64,000 bases of DNA, from the NCBI GenBank assembly GCA_002839505.1, contig PGYE01000001.1:230459-294458 (forward strand). The letters run 5' to 3'. The notes under the pieces were generated by a model that was not told the origin of the DNA, made no database searches, and was given only the letters and a program-made list of their open reading frames with translations. Shown here piece by piece: positions 46,480 through 55,959 of the stretch. The translations under genes and the position numbers were made by a program. Origin of the DNA: Candidatus Peregrinibacteria bacterium HGW-Peregrinibacteria-1. GTDB taxonomy: Bacteria > Patescibacteriota > Gracilibacteria > UBA1369 > LOWO2-01-FULL-3. Position 1 is the stretch's first letter. Every line of letters begins with the position of its first letter.

Positions 46480-47184
46480 TCAGTTAATTATATTGATCAA
46501 ATCAGACTTTAGCTCACCGTTATATTCGTTGATACTTATTCGATCGTGTATCTCCACCATCAATCTTATGTTTGCATTCAAAACTTTAGTATAAAAAGAA
46601 GCCAATAGCGTCCGATCCTCAATTCTGCTCAGCATAGTATCAATATTACCAATTGCCTCGACATTATATGGTGCTGAAATACCGACACCGTTTACTAAAA
46701 TATTGCTTCCTACTGAGTTAATAGTAGAGCTGGTAATCAACCGTCTTCCATTGATTGATATTGCCTCTGCTCCACCTGAATACAACGCATTAACAACATC
46801 TCTAAGATCAGATGCCTGTACCAGATTTACCGCCATTCCTTCACCACTTCTTCCAACATTACGACCATTATCTACCACTACCTCTATCCCGGCCCCAGAT
46901 ACCTTACCAAGACCAATATCCTTTCTAAGCTCTTCCAAAGTACTTAAGCTGACTTCATCCCCTTGTATCTCAATCTCATTTTCCGCATCCTCAATCTCGT
47001 CTCTTAAAATTTCAATTCTTGTTTGTAAATAGACCTGTTCACTTATATAGTCACTCAGTAATGTCTCCATCGCCTCCGCCTCATTACCAAGACTGTTGTG
47101 TGGCAGCTCCACACCCCAATTAAAGCTTATCAATAAGCCACATAGCACGCCTACCCCCAGATTTACAAGTTTAAACTTCTGCAT
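46480..47184 (-). CDS. DUF881-family division-associated membrane protein
   Basis: 234 aa. N-terminal TM, then ...GAGIEVVVDN...DLRDVVNALYSGGAEAISINGRRL...PYNVEAIGN..., the DUF881 pattern. In tandem with the preceding paralog. Confidence 0.8.
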   Translation of the reverse strand: MQKFKLVNLGVGVLCGLLISFNWGVELPHNSLGNEAEAMETLLSDYISEQVYLQTRIEILRDEIEDAENEIEIQGDEVSLSTLEELRKDIGLGKVSGAGIEVVVDNGRNVGRSGEGMAVNLVQASDLRDVVNALYSGGAEAISINGRRLITSSTINSVGSNILVNGVGISAPYNVEAIGNIDTMLSRIEDRTLLASFYTKVLNANIRLMVEIHDRISINEYNGELKSDLINIIN

Positions 47185-47239
47185 ATACTGATATTAGTAC
47201 ACCAAAATCATAACAGAAAATAATTAATTTAGAAAAAAC

Positions 47240-48022
47240 ATGATAGGAATTTTTGACTCCGGTTATGGAGGACTCACTGTATTGAAAGACATCATCCAGC
47301 TTTTACCTAATTGTTCATACCTTTATTTAGGCGACAATGCCCGCGCTCCATATGGCCCACAAAGCGTTGAAAGTATCACTCGTCACACCCTACAAGGGAC
47401 GCGATTCTTGGTCGAAAATGGCGCTAAAACAATAGTTATTGCCTGCAATACCGTTGCCAGCGTCGCCATGGATGAACTAAGAATACAATTTCCGGAAATC
47501 ACCTTTATCGATGTCATCACCCCCACCGTTAATGAAGCTTTACGATTAAGTAAAAAACAGCACATTGCCGTCATTGGAACCTCCACCACCATCGAAAGCG
47601 AAAGCTATCCCCACATAATCCAAAAAACCGCTCCTACGGCCAAAGTATTCACCAAGGCATGCCCTCTGTTGGTTCCCTTCATTGAAGAAAACTGGCACCA
47701 TAAACCCGAAGCCATCTCAATCACTAAAAAATATCTCCGCTACATCAAATCCACAAACAGCGATGTCCTCATCTTAGGCTGCACCCATTACCCCTTCATG
47801 AAGAAAGACATAAAGCGCATCATGGGCCGAAAAACAGCAGTCCTAACATCCGGAGAACCAACGGCCCAAGAGCTTCAAGCCAAGATAGATGCCAAAGAAA
47901 TCACTCACCTAAAAACAGGAGACATCCGAATTTTCACCACCGGCAACCCCGTGAAATTCAATAAATTCTCAAACCAGCACTTCCCGGAGCTCCCTCCTGC
48001 ACAAAAATGCACAATCAACTAA
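47240..48022 (+). CDS. murI: Glutamate racemase
   Basis: 260 aa. IGIFDSGYGGLTV, IACNTVAS and LGCTHYP motifs. Confidence 0.93.
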   Translation: MIGIFDSGYGGLTVLKDIIQLLPNCSYLYLGDNARAPYGPQSVESITRHTLQGTRFLVENGAKTIVIACNTVASVAMDELRIQFPEITFIDVITPTVNEALRLSKKQHIAVIGTSTTIESESYPHIIQKTAPTAKVFTKACPLLVPFIEENWHHKPEAISITKKYLRYIKSTNSDVLILGCTHYPFMKKDIKRIMGRKTAVLTSGEPTAQELQAKIDAKEITHLKTGDIRIFTTGNPVKFNKFSNQHFPELPPAQKCTIN

Positions 48023-48050
48023 TATTCGCATCATAAACTATTCCCTTCTC

Positions 48051-49853
48051 TTACTCCCATTCAATAGTTCCGGGGGGTTTGTTGGTCAAATCATAAAAAA
48101 CCGCACCAATCCCCGACAAACTCATCAGCCTCATTTGCAATTCATGGAGGTGATTGATATCCATCTGATAAAAGTTCGCCGTCATTGCATCAGTACTCGC
48201 CACCGGCCTCAACACAATAGATTCTTTCCCATCACTATCAAGGCTAACAGGCAGTAATACCGTCGCAAATTGCCATATCTCATCATAGATATTCACCTCT
48301 TTTATGAAATCCATCACAATACTATCCGCCTCCTGCAATAGACCGACACGCTCTCTTGTCATCGGTGTCTCTTTGATATTCACACTTTCAAAACTATCAG
48401 GCGCCACCCTCAACAAGACACGATTTATCGAATGAAAATTATTGATCAATTTAGTCGCCAATGTTCCATATTCATCCCAGCTCAAATTGCTATTTGATAA
48501 CAATAACGGATTTCTATAAGTCCGTTCATCACCTTGCACACCGACACTCTTGATCGGCAAAATATTTGCCGAAAGCCCATAATCCGCTAGGGAGATATTG
48601 ATGTTTTTTTCTATCACTTTGTGCCCCTCAGGATACCTACTTTTTTCCGCCGCTAAACATCGCACTGCCAAGCCCGGACCGGGGAAAGGATGGCGATTCA
48701 GCAAATGATGCCCAAGACCAAGCTTTTCTCCTACCAAGCGCACCTCATCTTTATAAAACTCCACCAGCGGCTCTATCACCTTTCCAGCCTCAATCAATTT
48801 CTGAATCTTCGGAACTCGGTTATGGTGAGTCTTAATCTTTTTCGCGTTGGCAGTCCCCCCAGTTTCGATCGTATCAGGATAAATCGTTCCCTGACCAATC
48901 AGCCATTCATCATCATTCAGCTTCAATTCCAAAGCCACATCATCTTTAATTTTCAAAAACAAATCTCCGATTATTTTTCGCTTTTCTTCCGGTTTAAAAA
49001 CGCCATCCAAAGCCTTGAAAAATTCCTCAGAAGCATCTTTAACATGCAAATTCTCAAAACCCAGCTCCACCATCGACTGCCTCACCTGTTCACCTTCACC
49101 CTTTCTCATAAAACCAGTATCCACAAACAGCCCATACACCCTATCCTGGCCCAAAGCCTTCGACAAAAGCAAGAATGCCACAGTACTATCAACGCCTCCA
49201 CTAACCAGCAAAAACACATTTTTATCTCCAGCCTTTTTCTTAATATCCTCCACCAAACCATCAACCATATTTTGAACATCCCACTCCCTTTTTACACCGG
49301 TTAAATCAACAAAATTTTCCAAAATCCGTGAACCGCAAACCGTATGAGTAACTTCCGGATGAAACTGTACCGTAAAGATATTCCTCGCCGGATTTGCCAT
49401 AGCGGCAATCGGACAATCATCAGTCTTTCCAATAATCTCAAAATCCGGCGGAATAGTAACCACCTGATCAAAATGACTCATCCATACTGGCTCAATATTC
49501 CTCACCTTACTAAAGATCCCCTTCTTCTTAAAAAAAGAAACCTTAGTCGGCCCATACTCGCTCACATTTCCCTTTCTCACTGTCCCCCCAAGCATATGAG
49601 CAACAACCTGATGACCATAGCAAATCCCCAACACCGGCACATTCATTTCAAAAATGCCCTTATTCGGAAGCACCGCCCGACTACTCAAAACGCTCGAAGG
49701 TCCACCTGAAAGAATTATCCCCTTCACATTTTCCATCTTTTCCGGATCAGCATCGCCAGGCATAATTTCACAAGCCGCCCCCATATTACGCACACGACTC
49801 GCAATCAAATGCGTGTACTGCCCACCAAAATCCAACACCACCAATTTATCCAT
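48051..49853 (-). CDS. guaA: GMP synthase (glutamine-hydrolysing), long form (600 aa)
   Basis: GATase (GICYGHQ, HPEV), PP-loop SGGVDSTV, C-terminal KPPGTIEWE. An additional ~80-aa dimerisation-like segment follows RHPFPGPGL. Confidence 0.93.
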   Translation of the reverse strand: MDKLVVLDFGGQYTHLIASRVRNMGAACEIMPGDADPEKMENVKGIILSGGPSSVLSSRAVLPNKGIFEMNVPVLGICYGHQVVAHMLGGTVRKGNVSEYGPTKVSFFKKKGIFSKVRNIEPVWMSHFDQVVTIPPDFEIIGKTDDCPIAAMANPARNIFTVQFHPEVTHTVCGSRILENFVDLTGVKREWDVQNMVDGLVEDIKKKAGDKNVFLLVSGGVDSTVAFLLLSKALGQDRVYGLFVDTGFMRKGEGEQVRQSMVELGFENLHVKDASEEFFKALDGVFKPEEKRKIIGDLFLKIKDDVALELKLNDDEWLIGQGTIYPDTIETGGTANAKKIKTHHNRVPKIQKLIEAGKVIEPLVEFYKDEVRLVGEKLGLGHHLLNRHPFPGPGLAVRCLAAEKSRYPEGHKVIEKNINISLADYGLSANILPIKSVGVQGDERTYRNPLLLSNSNLSWDEYGTLATKLINNFHSINRVLLRVAPDSFESVNIKETPMTRERVGLLQEADSIVMDFIKEVNIYDEIWQFATVLLPVSLDSDGKESIVLRPVASTDAMTANFYQMDINHLHELQMRLMSLSGIGAVFYDLTNKPPGTIEWE

Positions 49854-49855
49854 AT

Positions 49856-51436
49856 TTAAGATTTTTTTACTTTTTTAGCAACTTTATTCATTAACTTCTG
49901 TTCTTTCTTCGTATCTTCCTCCAACGGCCTCAACAAAGGAAACAAAACGACATCTTTCAAATTTTCCTGACCACTCAAAAGCGTAATAATCCGATCAATA
50001 CCCATTCCCCATCCCGACATACATGGCATCCCATGCTCCATAGCTCTTAAATAAGCCTCGTTCATCATCATCGCCTCCTCATCTCCATCCGCCTTAGCCA
50101 GCGCCTGATCTTCAAGCCTCTCTCTCTGATCAATCGGATCGACCAACTCGCTATAAGCATTCACCACCTCCCAAGTATTAACCAGCAATTGAAAAGTATC
50201 ACACAATCGCGGATCTTCATCATTTTTTCTCGCCAATGGCTTCGTACTCAAAGGATGCTTCGTCACAAAACAAGGCTGGATCAGCTTCGGCCGAGAAACC
50301 TTCTTATATAAATGATCCACCATATTCCCATACCCAAGCCCCTCCACACCTTCAATGCTTATTCCCTTATCCTTGATCGCTTTCAGCAGGCTATCACGAT
50401 CATGATCCAAAATATTAATACCACAATCTCCCTCAATCAAACCCACAAACTCATGCCTTGGCCACGGTGGCGTAAAATCAATCTCGACCTCCTCACCATC
50501 TCTACTTTTCACCTTAATTTTAGTAGTTCCCAGCAGCTTTTTCAGCACACTCTCAAACATCTTCTCAGTAAACCTCATATTATCCTCATAATCCCAATAA
50601 GCCCCATAGTGCTCAATCATCGTAAACTCCTGGAGATGACTCGGATCAATCCCCTCATTTCTAAAACATTTCCCTATCTCAAACACCTTCTCAAAACCAC
50701 CAACCACTGCCATTTTATGCCACAACTCCCCACCGGCAATACGCAAATAAACATCCATATCCAAAGCATTATGCTTCGTCACAAAAGGCTTTGCCGTAGT
50801 CCCGGACGATACATTCTCCAAAACCGGCGACTCAATCTCCATAAACCCCTCCTGCCAATAAAATTCCCGAATTGCCCTCACAAAATCACTCCTCAACACG
50901 AAACGATCATAACTATCACGATTCATAATCGTATCAAGATACCTCTGACGATAAATATTCTCTTGCCCCTTAATACCATGCCATTTCTCCGGCAACGGCC
51001 TCAAAGCTTTCGAAAGCATCTTAAAATCATACACCATCACCGTAATCTCATCATGTCTCGTCTTAAAAACCTCACCCTCCAATCCAATAAAATCCCCAAC
51101 ATCAAATTTTCTCAGCCTCTTATACTCATCTTTCCCCAATAAATCCTGCATAAAACAAATCTGCACTCTTCCTCCCGGATCTTGCACATGCCCAAATGTA
51201 ATCTTCCCATGACTTCGTATCGTCATCAAACGACCCGACAACTTCACCGTATCACCTGACCTTTTCTCCAAAATTGCATCCACCTCTCTAAGCCCCTTCC
51301 CCTCAAACTCCTCCAGCACCTCCTTACTCAAATGACTACGCTCAAAACTACCCGCAAACGGAATAACCCCCTGATCACGAAGATCATTGAGTTTTTGCAA
51401 CCTCACATGGCGCTCATTATTTAAATTTTCACTCAT
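49856..51436 (-). CDS. lysS: Lysyl-tRNA synthetase, class II
   Basis: OB-fold N-domain (VKLSGRLMTIRSHGKITFGHVQD). Class II motifs (FRNEGID..HLQEFTMIE, GWGMGIDR). Met at 51436 (MSENLN...) is preferred over the ORF-track start 51478. Confidence 0.93.
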   Translation of the reverse strand: MSENLNNERHVRLQKLNDLRDQGVIPFAGSFERSHLSKEVLEEFEGKGLREVDAILEKRSGDTVKLSGRLMTIRSHGKITFGHVQDPGGRVQICFMQDLLGKDEYKRLRKFDVGDFIGLEGEVFKTRHDEITVMVYDFKMLSKALRPLPEKWHGIKGQENIYRQRYLDTIMNRDSYDRFVLRSDFVRAIREFYWQEGFMEIESPVLENVSSGTTAKPFVTKHNALDMDVYLRIAGGELWHKMAVVGGFEKVFEIGKCFRNEGIDPSHLQEFTMIEHYGAYWDYEDNMRFTEKMFESVLKKLLGTTKIKVKSRDGEEVEIDFTPPWPRHEFVGLIEGDCGINILDHDRDSLLKAIKDKGISIEGVEGLGYGNMVDHLYKKVSRPKLIQPCFVTKHPLSTKPLARKNDEDPRLCDTFQLLVNTWEVVNAYSELVDPIDQRERLEDQALAKADGDEEAMMMNEAYLRAMEHGMPCMSGWGMGIDRIITLLSGQENLKDVVLFPLLRPLEEDTKKEQKLMNKVAKKVKKS

Positions 51437-51531
51437 ATAAAACAGCTTGAAGATGTGATGTTTATACCATAGCTTCAACTTTGCTCCAAGATCAAGTTTA
51501 TAGTTTCGGAATTAAGGACTCGCTCAAATCA

Positions 51532-52911
51532 TCAATCCACCATCCCATAATCTCCGGGCCGCCGACTGTGCTCCACATCGACAAATGTCAACTGCTCCTT
51601 GCGGAAAGCCAACTCCACACTTCCAATCGGACCATTTCTATGCTTCCTGATATACAAATCCGTTACACCCTTACGATCCGTATCCTCATCATAATAATCT
51701 TCACGATAAAGCATCATCACCACATCGGCATCTTGTTCAATCGCTCCCGACTCTCTCAAATCCGAAAGCTGAGGAATCTTTATCGGACGACTCTCAACCG
51801 CACGAGAAAGCTGTGACAGAGCCAAAATCGGTATATGCAAATCTCTCGCCAACGCCTTCAACGCTCGCGAAATCTCCGAAATCTCTCTTTCACGATTGCT
51901 ACCATAACCCGTCGTCGCCCCTCCACTCATCAACTGCAAGTAATCAATCATCAAAAAGTCCAAGCCCTGTTCCATCTTCAGCCTTCGCGCCTTCGCCTTC
52001 AACTCCGTAATCGAATTTCCCAACGAATCATCAATAAAAATCTTCATCGAATTCATCTCATCCATCACCGGACCAATTTTACTAAAATCATCGTCCGTCA
52101 TTTTTCCCGTTCTCATTTTCCATGAATCCACAGCTAACAAACTGCAAAACATTCTCTCAACCAGCTGCTCCTTTGACATTTCAAGCGACATAATCCCGAC
52201 GGACTTACCGGATTTCGCGATATTTTGCGCCATATTAAGCCCCAAAGCCGTCTTACCCATCGAAGGACGAGCCGCCAAAATCACAAGATCTGAAGGTTGC
52301 AAACCTGACAAAATATTATCCAACGCCTTAAAGCCTGTCGAAACACCACGATATTTTTCTCTCGCCTCCGGATCATGAAGATCAGAAATTTTTTCATAAG
52401 TCTGATTCAATACCTCCTTTACATGAACAAATCGATCACTCACAAATGTCTGCGAAACTGCAAACAACGATTTTTCCGCTTTCTCTAACAAAACTTCAAT
52501 ATCATCAGCTTCCTGATAACCCAGCCCCTTGATCATATCTCCCGCTGAAATCAACCGCCTAAGCACCGACTTTTCCTTTACTATCGATGCATACTGAAAA
52601 ATATGTGTCGCTGTCGGCACCTCCCCCGCCAAAGTAGTCAAATACACCGCCCCTCCGATACTTTGCAACTCGCCCCTATCTCCCAAAAGATTACTCAATG
52701 TCACAATATCCAAAGGCACCCTCTTATCATACAAATCCAAAATCGACTGGTAGATGATCCGATGGGCATCATGGTAAAAATCCTCACCTCTCAAAAAATC
52801 CGCCACCTTTACAATCGCATTTTTATCTATCATCAATGAACCTAGCACCGATTTTTCGGCTTCTATACTGTTTGGTGGTACGAATTTTATCTTTCCTTCT
52901 TCCATAGACAA
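51532..52911 (-). CDS. dnaB: Replicative DNA helicase DnaB
   Basis: 459 aa. N-terminal PPNSIEAEKSVLGS, Walker A ARPSMGKTA, and IDYLQLM and LSQLSR motifs. Confidence 0.95.
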   Translation of the reverse strand: MSMEEGKIKFVPPNSIEAEKSVLGSLMIDKNAIVKVADFLRGEDFYHDAHRIIYQSILDLYDKRVPLDIVTLSNLLGDRGELQSIGGAVYLTTLAGEVPTATHIFQYASIVKEKSVLRRLISAGDMIKGLGYQEADDIEVLLEKAEKSLFAVSQTFVSDRFVHVKEVLNQTYEKISDLHDPEAREKYRGVSTGFKALDNILSGLQPSDLVILAARPSMGKTALGLNMAQNIAKSGKSVGIMSLEMSKEQLVERMFCSLLAVDSWKMRTGKMTDDDFSKIGPVMDEMNSMKIFIDDSLGNSITELKAKARRLKMEQGLDFLMIDYLQLMSGGATTGYGSNREREISEISRALKALARDLHIPILALSQLSRAVESRPIKIPQLSDLRESGAIEQDADVVMMLYREDYYDEDTDRKGVTDLYIRKHRNGPIGSVELAFRKEQLTFVDVEHSRRPGDYGMVD

Positions 52912-53060
52912 AAAATATAACTTGATTAGTCATTGTTTTCAACAATCCCAGGTTGAATAGTCAGAGAGTAGAGGTTGTTATAACAAACTAACAACAGAAA
53001 TTTCAGGCAACTTTCAGTTTATGATGCTAGTATCACAGTTCTGAAATTAACTTGGTTTTT

Positions 53061-53429
53061 ATGACAGTTGGTACAACAGGAGAAAAAATTGCCGTTGATT
53101 TTCTAAGAGCGCAAAATCATTTGATAGTCAGCACCAATTATCGATCTTGTTATGGTGAAATTGATATCATCAGCATCGAGCAAGGCACGCCAAATACAGC
53201 CGTATTCACCGAAGTAAAAACCCGAAGCAACGATACCCACGGATCGCCCCAGTCATCATTCTCCCGGCAAAAGGCCTTCCGAATTATCAAAACCGCTCAA
53301 CATTTCATCGGTAATAACAAAACAAAACTCCCATTTGCTTGGCGCTTTGACCTAATTGGCATAAAATTAAACCACCATGGGCGGACTCAGGTCACACAAA
53401 TAAAAAATATTATTGATGGAAGCTTTTAA
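53061..53429 (+). CDS. yraN: YraN-family (UPF0102) endonuclease-like protein
   Basis: GEKIAVDFL...GEIDIIS....FTEVKTRS pattern of the YraN family. ATG at 53061. Confidence 0.8.
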   Translation: MTVGTTGEKIAVDFLRAQNHLIVSTNYRSCYGEIDIISIEQGTPNTAVFTEVKTRSNDTHGSPQSSFSRQKAFRIIKTAQHFIGNNKTKLPFAWRFDLIGIKLNHHGRTQVTQIKNIIDGSF

Positions 53430-54348
53430 AAATCTTGATACCAGCACCAAAACACGCATCTTTGTTTTTAGCTTTCTCATAACGGTCTTCATTATCTTCT
53501 TTATCTGGAACACCGTTATCTCTCGGGGAAAAATCATCTTCACCGGATCACCCCCCTATACAATTCAAGTAACCGGAAAATCCCCTCAACTCTGCACGGA
53601 AAACAGCTGCACAATCTCTACCTCCAGCGGTTTTATTACCTATTTAGCCACAAAACAGGATTTCGATTCCATAAATTCTTCAATTCGAGTTCCAAAATTA
53701 TCAAAGGTCGAAGTCAGCCTATCATTTCAAGCCATACCGAAACTAATTTCCTCAAGGAAAATCGATTTCAACTCTACCAAAAGCCAGTATAGCCTTACCT
53801 ATGAATCTGCCACCTCAAACTACAAACTCGTTGCCAACGATAATCCGACTCCCATTGTTTATTTTCCAAGAAACATCCCAAATCCGAAATTTTTTGATTT
53901 CAAAAACCACATCGTCATACTTGCTCAAAACTCCAATCACATAATAAACAAGACCCTCAAAACCCGAGGCAACTTCACCAACATTCCCCCCGAAATTGAA
54001 AACCTAGTGCTATCACCAAACGGAGCCGGCTTTATTTATACCATCACCAACAACAGCACCTATTTTTACCACGATATCGAACGCGACACCTCCCACATCC
54101 TGCCATACAGCAAAGAAAACGCGCTTTTAGCTTGGACGACCAGTGGCAATAGACTGGCTGTCACCCAAAAAGAAGAAACCATCAATAACACAATAATCAC
54201 CTTTGAAATCTATGATGTCAGCAACACGACCAGATACACAATTGGCAACTTTCCTGAAATAGAAACCTTTCCGACACGCCTCGAAGTTATAGGGGACAAC
54301 ATTATCTACATTGAAATTGGCGATCAGTATTACCGACTACAGATATAA
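53413..54348 (+). CDS. Hypothetical membrane-anchored protein (311 aa)
   Basis: N-terminal TM (IFVFSFLITVFIIFFIW), then a beta-rich extracytoplasmic domain. Overlaps yraN by 17 nt. No recognisable domain. Confidence 0.6.
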   Translation: MMEAFKNLDTSTKTRIFVFSFLITVFIIFFIWNTVISRGKIIFTGSPPYTIQVTGKSPQLCTENSCTISTSSGFITYLATKQDFDSINSSIRVPKLSKVEVSLSFQAIPKLISSRKIDFNSTKSQYSLTYESATSNYKLVANDNPTPIVYFPRNIPNPKFFDFKNHIVILAQNSNHIINKTLKTRGNFTNIPPEIENLVLSPNGAGFIYTITNNSTYFYHDIERDTSHILPYSKENALLAWTTSGNRLAVTQKEETINNTIITFEIYDVSNTTRYTIGNFPEIETFPTRLEVIGDNIIYIEIGDQYYRLQI

Positions 54349-54417
54349 AAATTTATCTTTAATTTATAAAAATTTCATTTTTAACCGGCAATATCAGAGT
54401 AGTTAAATACTCGAGAT

Positions 54418-55926
54418 ATGGTCAACAAAGTTTTATCGGCATCATTCAACGGTTTGGACTGTCAGGCGATTGAAGTTCAGGTCGATGTTTCCAATGGATT
54501 TCCTTCATTCAACATCGTAGGGCTCACCGACACCTCTATTCAGGAATCAAAAGAACGAGTTCGATCCAGTATCATCAACAGTGGATACAAGTTCCCAACC
54601 ACACGGAAAACAATAAACCTCGCCCCCGCACAGCTGAGAAAGCACGGTTCGATCTTTGACTTGGCGATCGCACTGGGTATCTTAATCTCCAGCAAACAAA
54701 TCCAAGTCCCATCAATTGAGGACTCCATCATTCTTGGAGAACTGTCCCTAAACGGCAACCTCAACAAAATTCCCGGAGTTTTACCAATCACTCAATATGC
54801 CAAACAACAAAATTACCAGAGAATAATCTTGCCCTCTGATAATGCCGATGAAGCCAGCTTTATTAAAGGCATCAATATCATCCCTGTAAAATCGCTTCTT
54901 GAAACCATAGACTTTCTTCAAAACGGAACGATTCCCAGCAACAAAAAAGCGCAAAAAACTTTTCATCTATCACCTCAAAAAACAGAAAAACCTTTCGAAG
55001 GAATAATCGGGCAACACCAAGCCAAGCGCGCCCTCAGTATCGCCGTTGCCGGCAGGCATAACATCCTGATCAAAGGCAGCCCAGGCTGTGGCAAAACACT
55101 ATTATCAAAGAGCGTCAAAAGTCTCCTACCCCCAATGTCAAAAGAGGAAATCCTTGATACCACAAAAATTTTTTCCGTAGTCGGAAATTTAAGTAAAGAC
55201 CAACCCCTCATAAATCGTCGTCCATTCCGCGAAGTCCACCACACCGCCTCCATCAGCTCGCTGATCGGCGGCGGCCGAAAGTTCCCCCAACCAGGAGAGA
55301 TATCACTGGCCCACAACGGAATACTATTTTTGGACGAAATCAGTGAATTCCAAAAACATAGCTTAGAAGCCCTAAGACAACCTATGGAAGACAAATTCAT
55401 CACTATCAACAGAGTGGAATTCACTGCCAAGTTTCCCTGCAACTTTATGCTCATAGCCACCACCAACCCTTGCCCCTGCGGATACTACCTCGATAAAAAA
55501 TACAGATGTAATTGCAGCCAGCGTCAAATAGACAACTACCAAAAAAAGATATCCGGACCCTTGATCGACCGTTTTGACCTTTTTCTTAATGTTCAGCGTA
55601 TTGATTTATCTGGAAACATTATAAATACCAATTCCGACAACGAAATCTACAAGGAAAAGATCCACCGTGCTCACAAAATGCAAGAAAACAGATACCGAGC
55701 CAGCAAAAGCATCAACCGCAACAAAGATATGGATTTACCTACCATCCGTGAGTTCTGCAAACTTGATAAAAAAAGTGAAGACACCTTAAAGAGCTTAACC
55801 AAAAGACTAAATCTCTCAAACCGCAGTTACCTCAAAGTATTGAGAGTCAGTCGCACCATCGCCGACCTAGAAGAATCTCCACAGATTCAATTACAGCACA
55901 TTTTAGAGGCCTCTCAATACCGATAA
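54418..55926 (+). CDS. comM: YifB/ComM-family Mg-chelatase-like AAA+ protein
   Basis: 502 aa. Lon-protease-like N-domain, Walker A GSPGCGKT, GILFLDEI, and a CPCG zinc motif, typical of ComM/YifB. Confidence 0.9.
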   Translation: MVNKVLSASFNGLDCQAIEVQVDVSNGFPSFNIVGLTDTSIQESKERVRSSIINSGYKFPTTRKTINLAPAQLRKHGSIFDLAIALGILISSKQIQVPSIEDSIILGELSLNGNLNKIPGVLPITQYAKQQNYQRIILPSDNADEASFIKGINIIPVKSLLETIDFLQNGTIPSNKKAQKTFHLSPQKTEKPFEGIIGQHQAKRALSIAVAGRHNILIKGSPGCGKTLLSKSVKSLLPPMSKEEILDTTKIFSVVGNLSKDQPLINRRPFREVHHTASISSLIGGGRKFPQPGEISLAHNGILFLDEISEFQKHSLEALRQPMEDKFITINRVEFTAKFPCNFMLIATTNPCPCGYYLDKKYRCNCSQRQIDNYQKKISGPLIDRFDLFLNVQRIDLSGNIINTNSDNEIYKEKIHRAHKMQENRYRASKSINRNKDMDLPTIREFCKLDKKSEDTLKSLTKRLNLSNRSYLKVLRVSRTIADLEESPQIQLQHILEASQYR

Positions 55927-55959
55927 CCGGCAAAGGAGGCCTCGAGGGGATGCCTAGAT

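Noticed and set aside
52912-53060. Possible replication origin near dnaB (A/T-rich 149-nt divergent spacer)
   Set aside because: No TTATCCACA-like DnaA boxes are present. There is no dnaA or dnaN nearby, and the C>G strand bias does not change sign here or anywhere else in the window.
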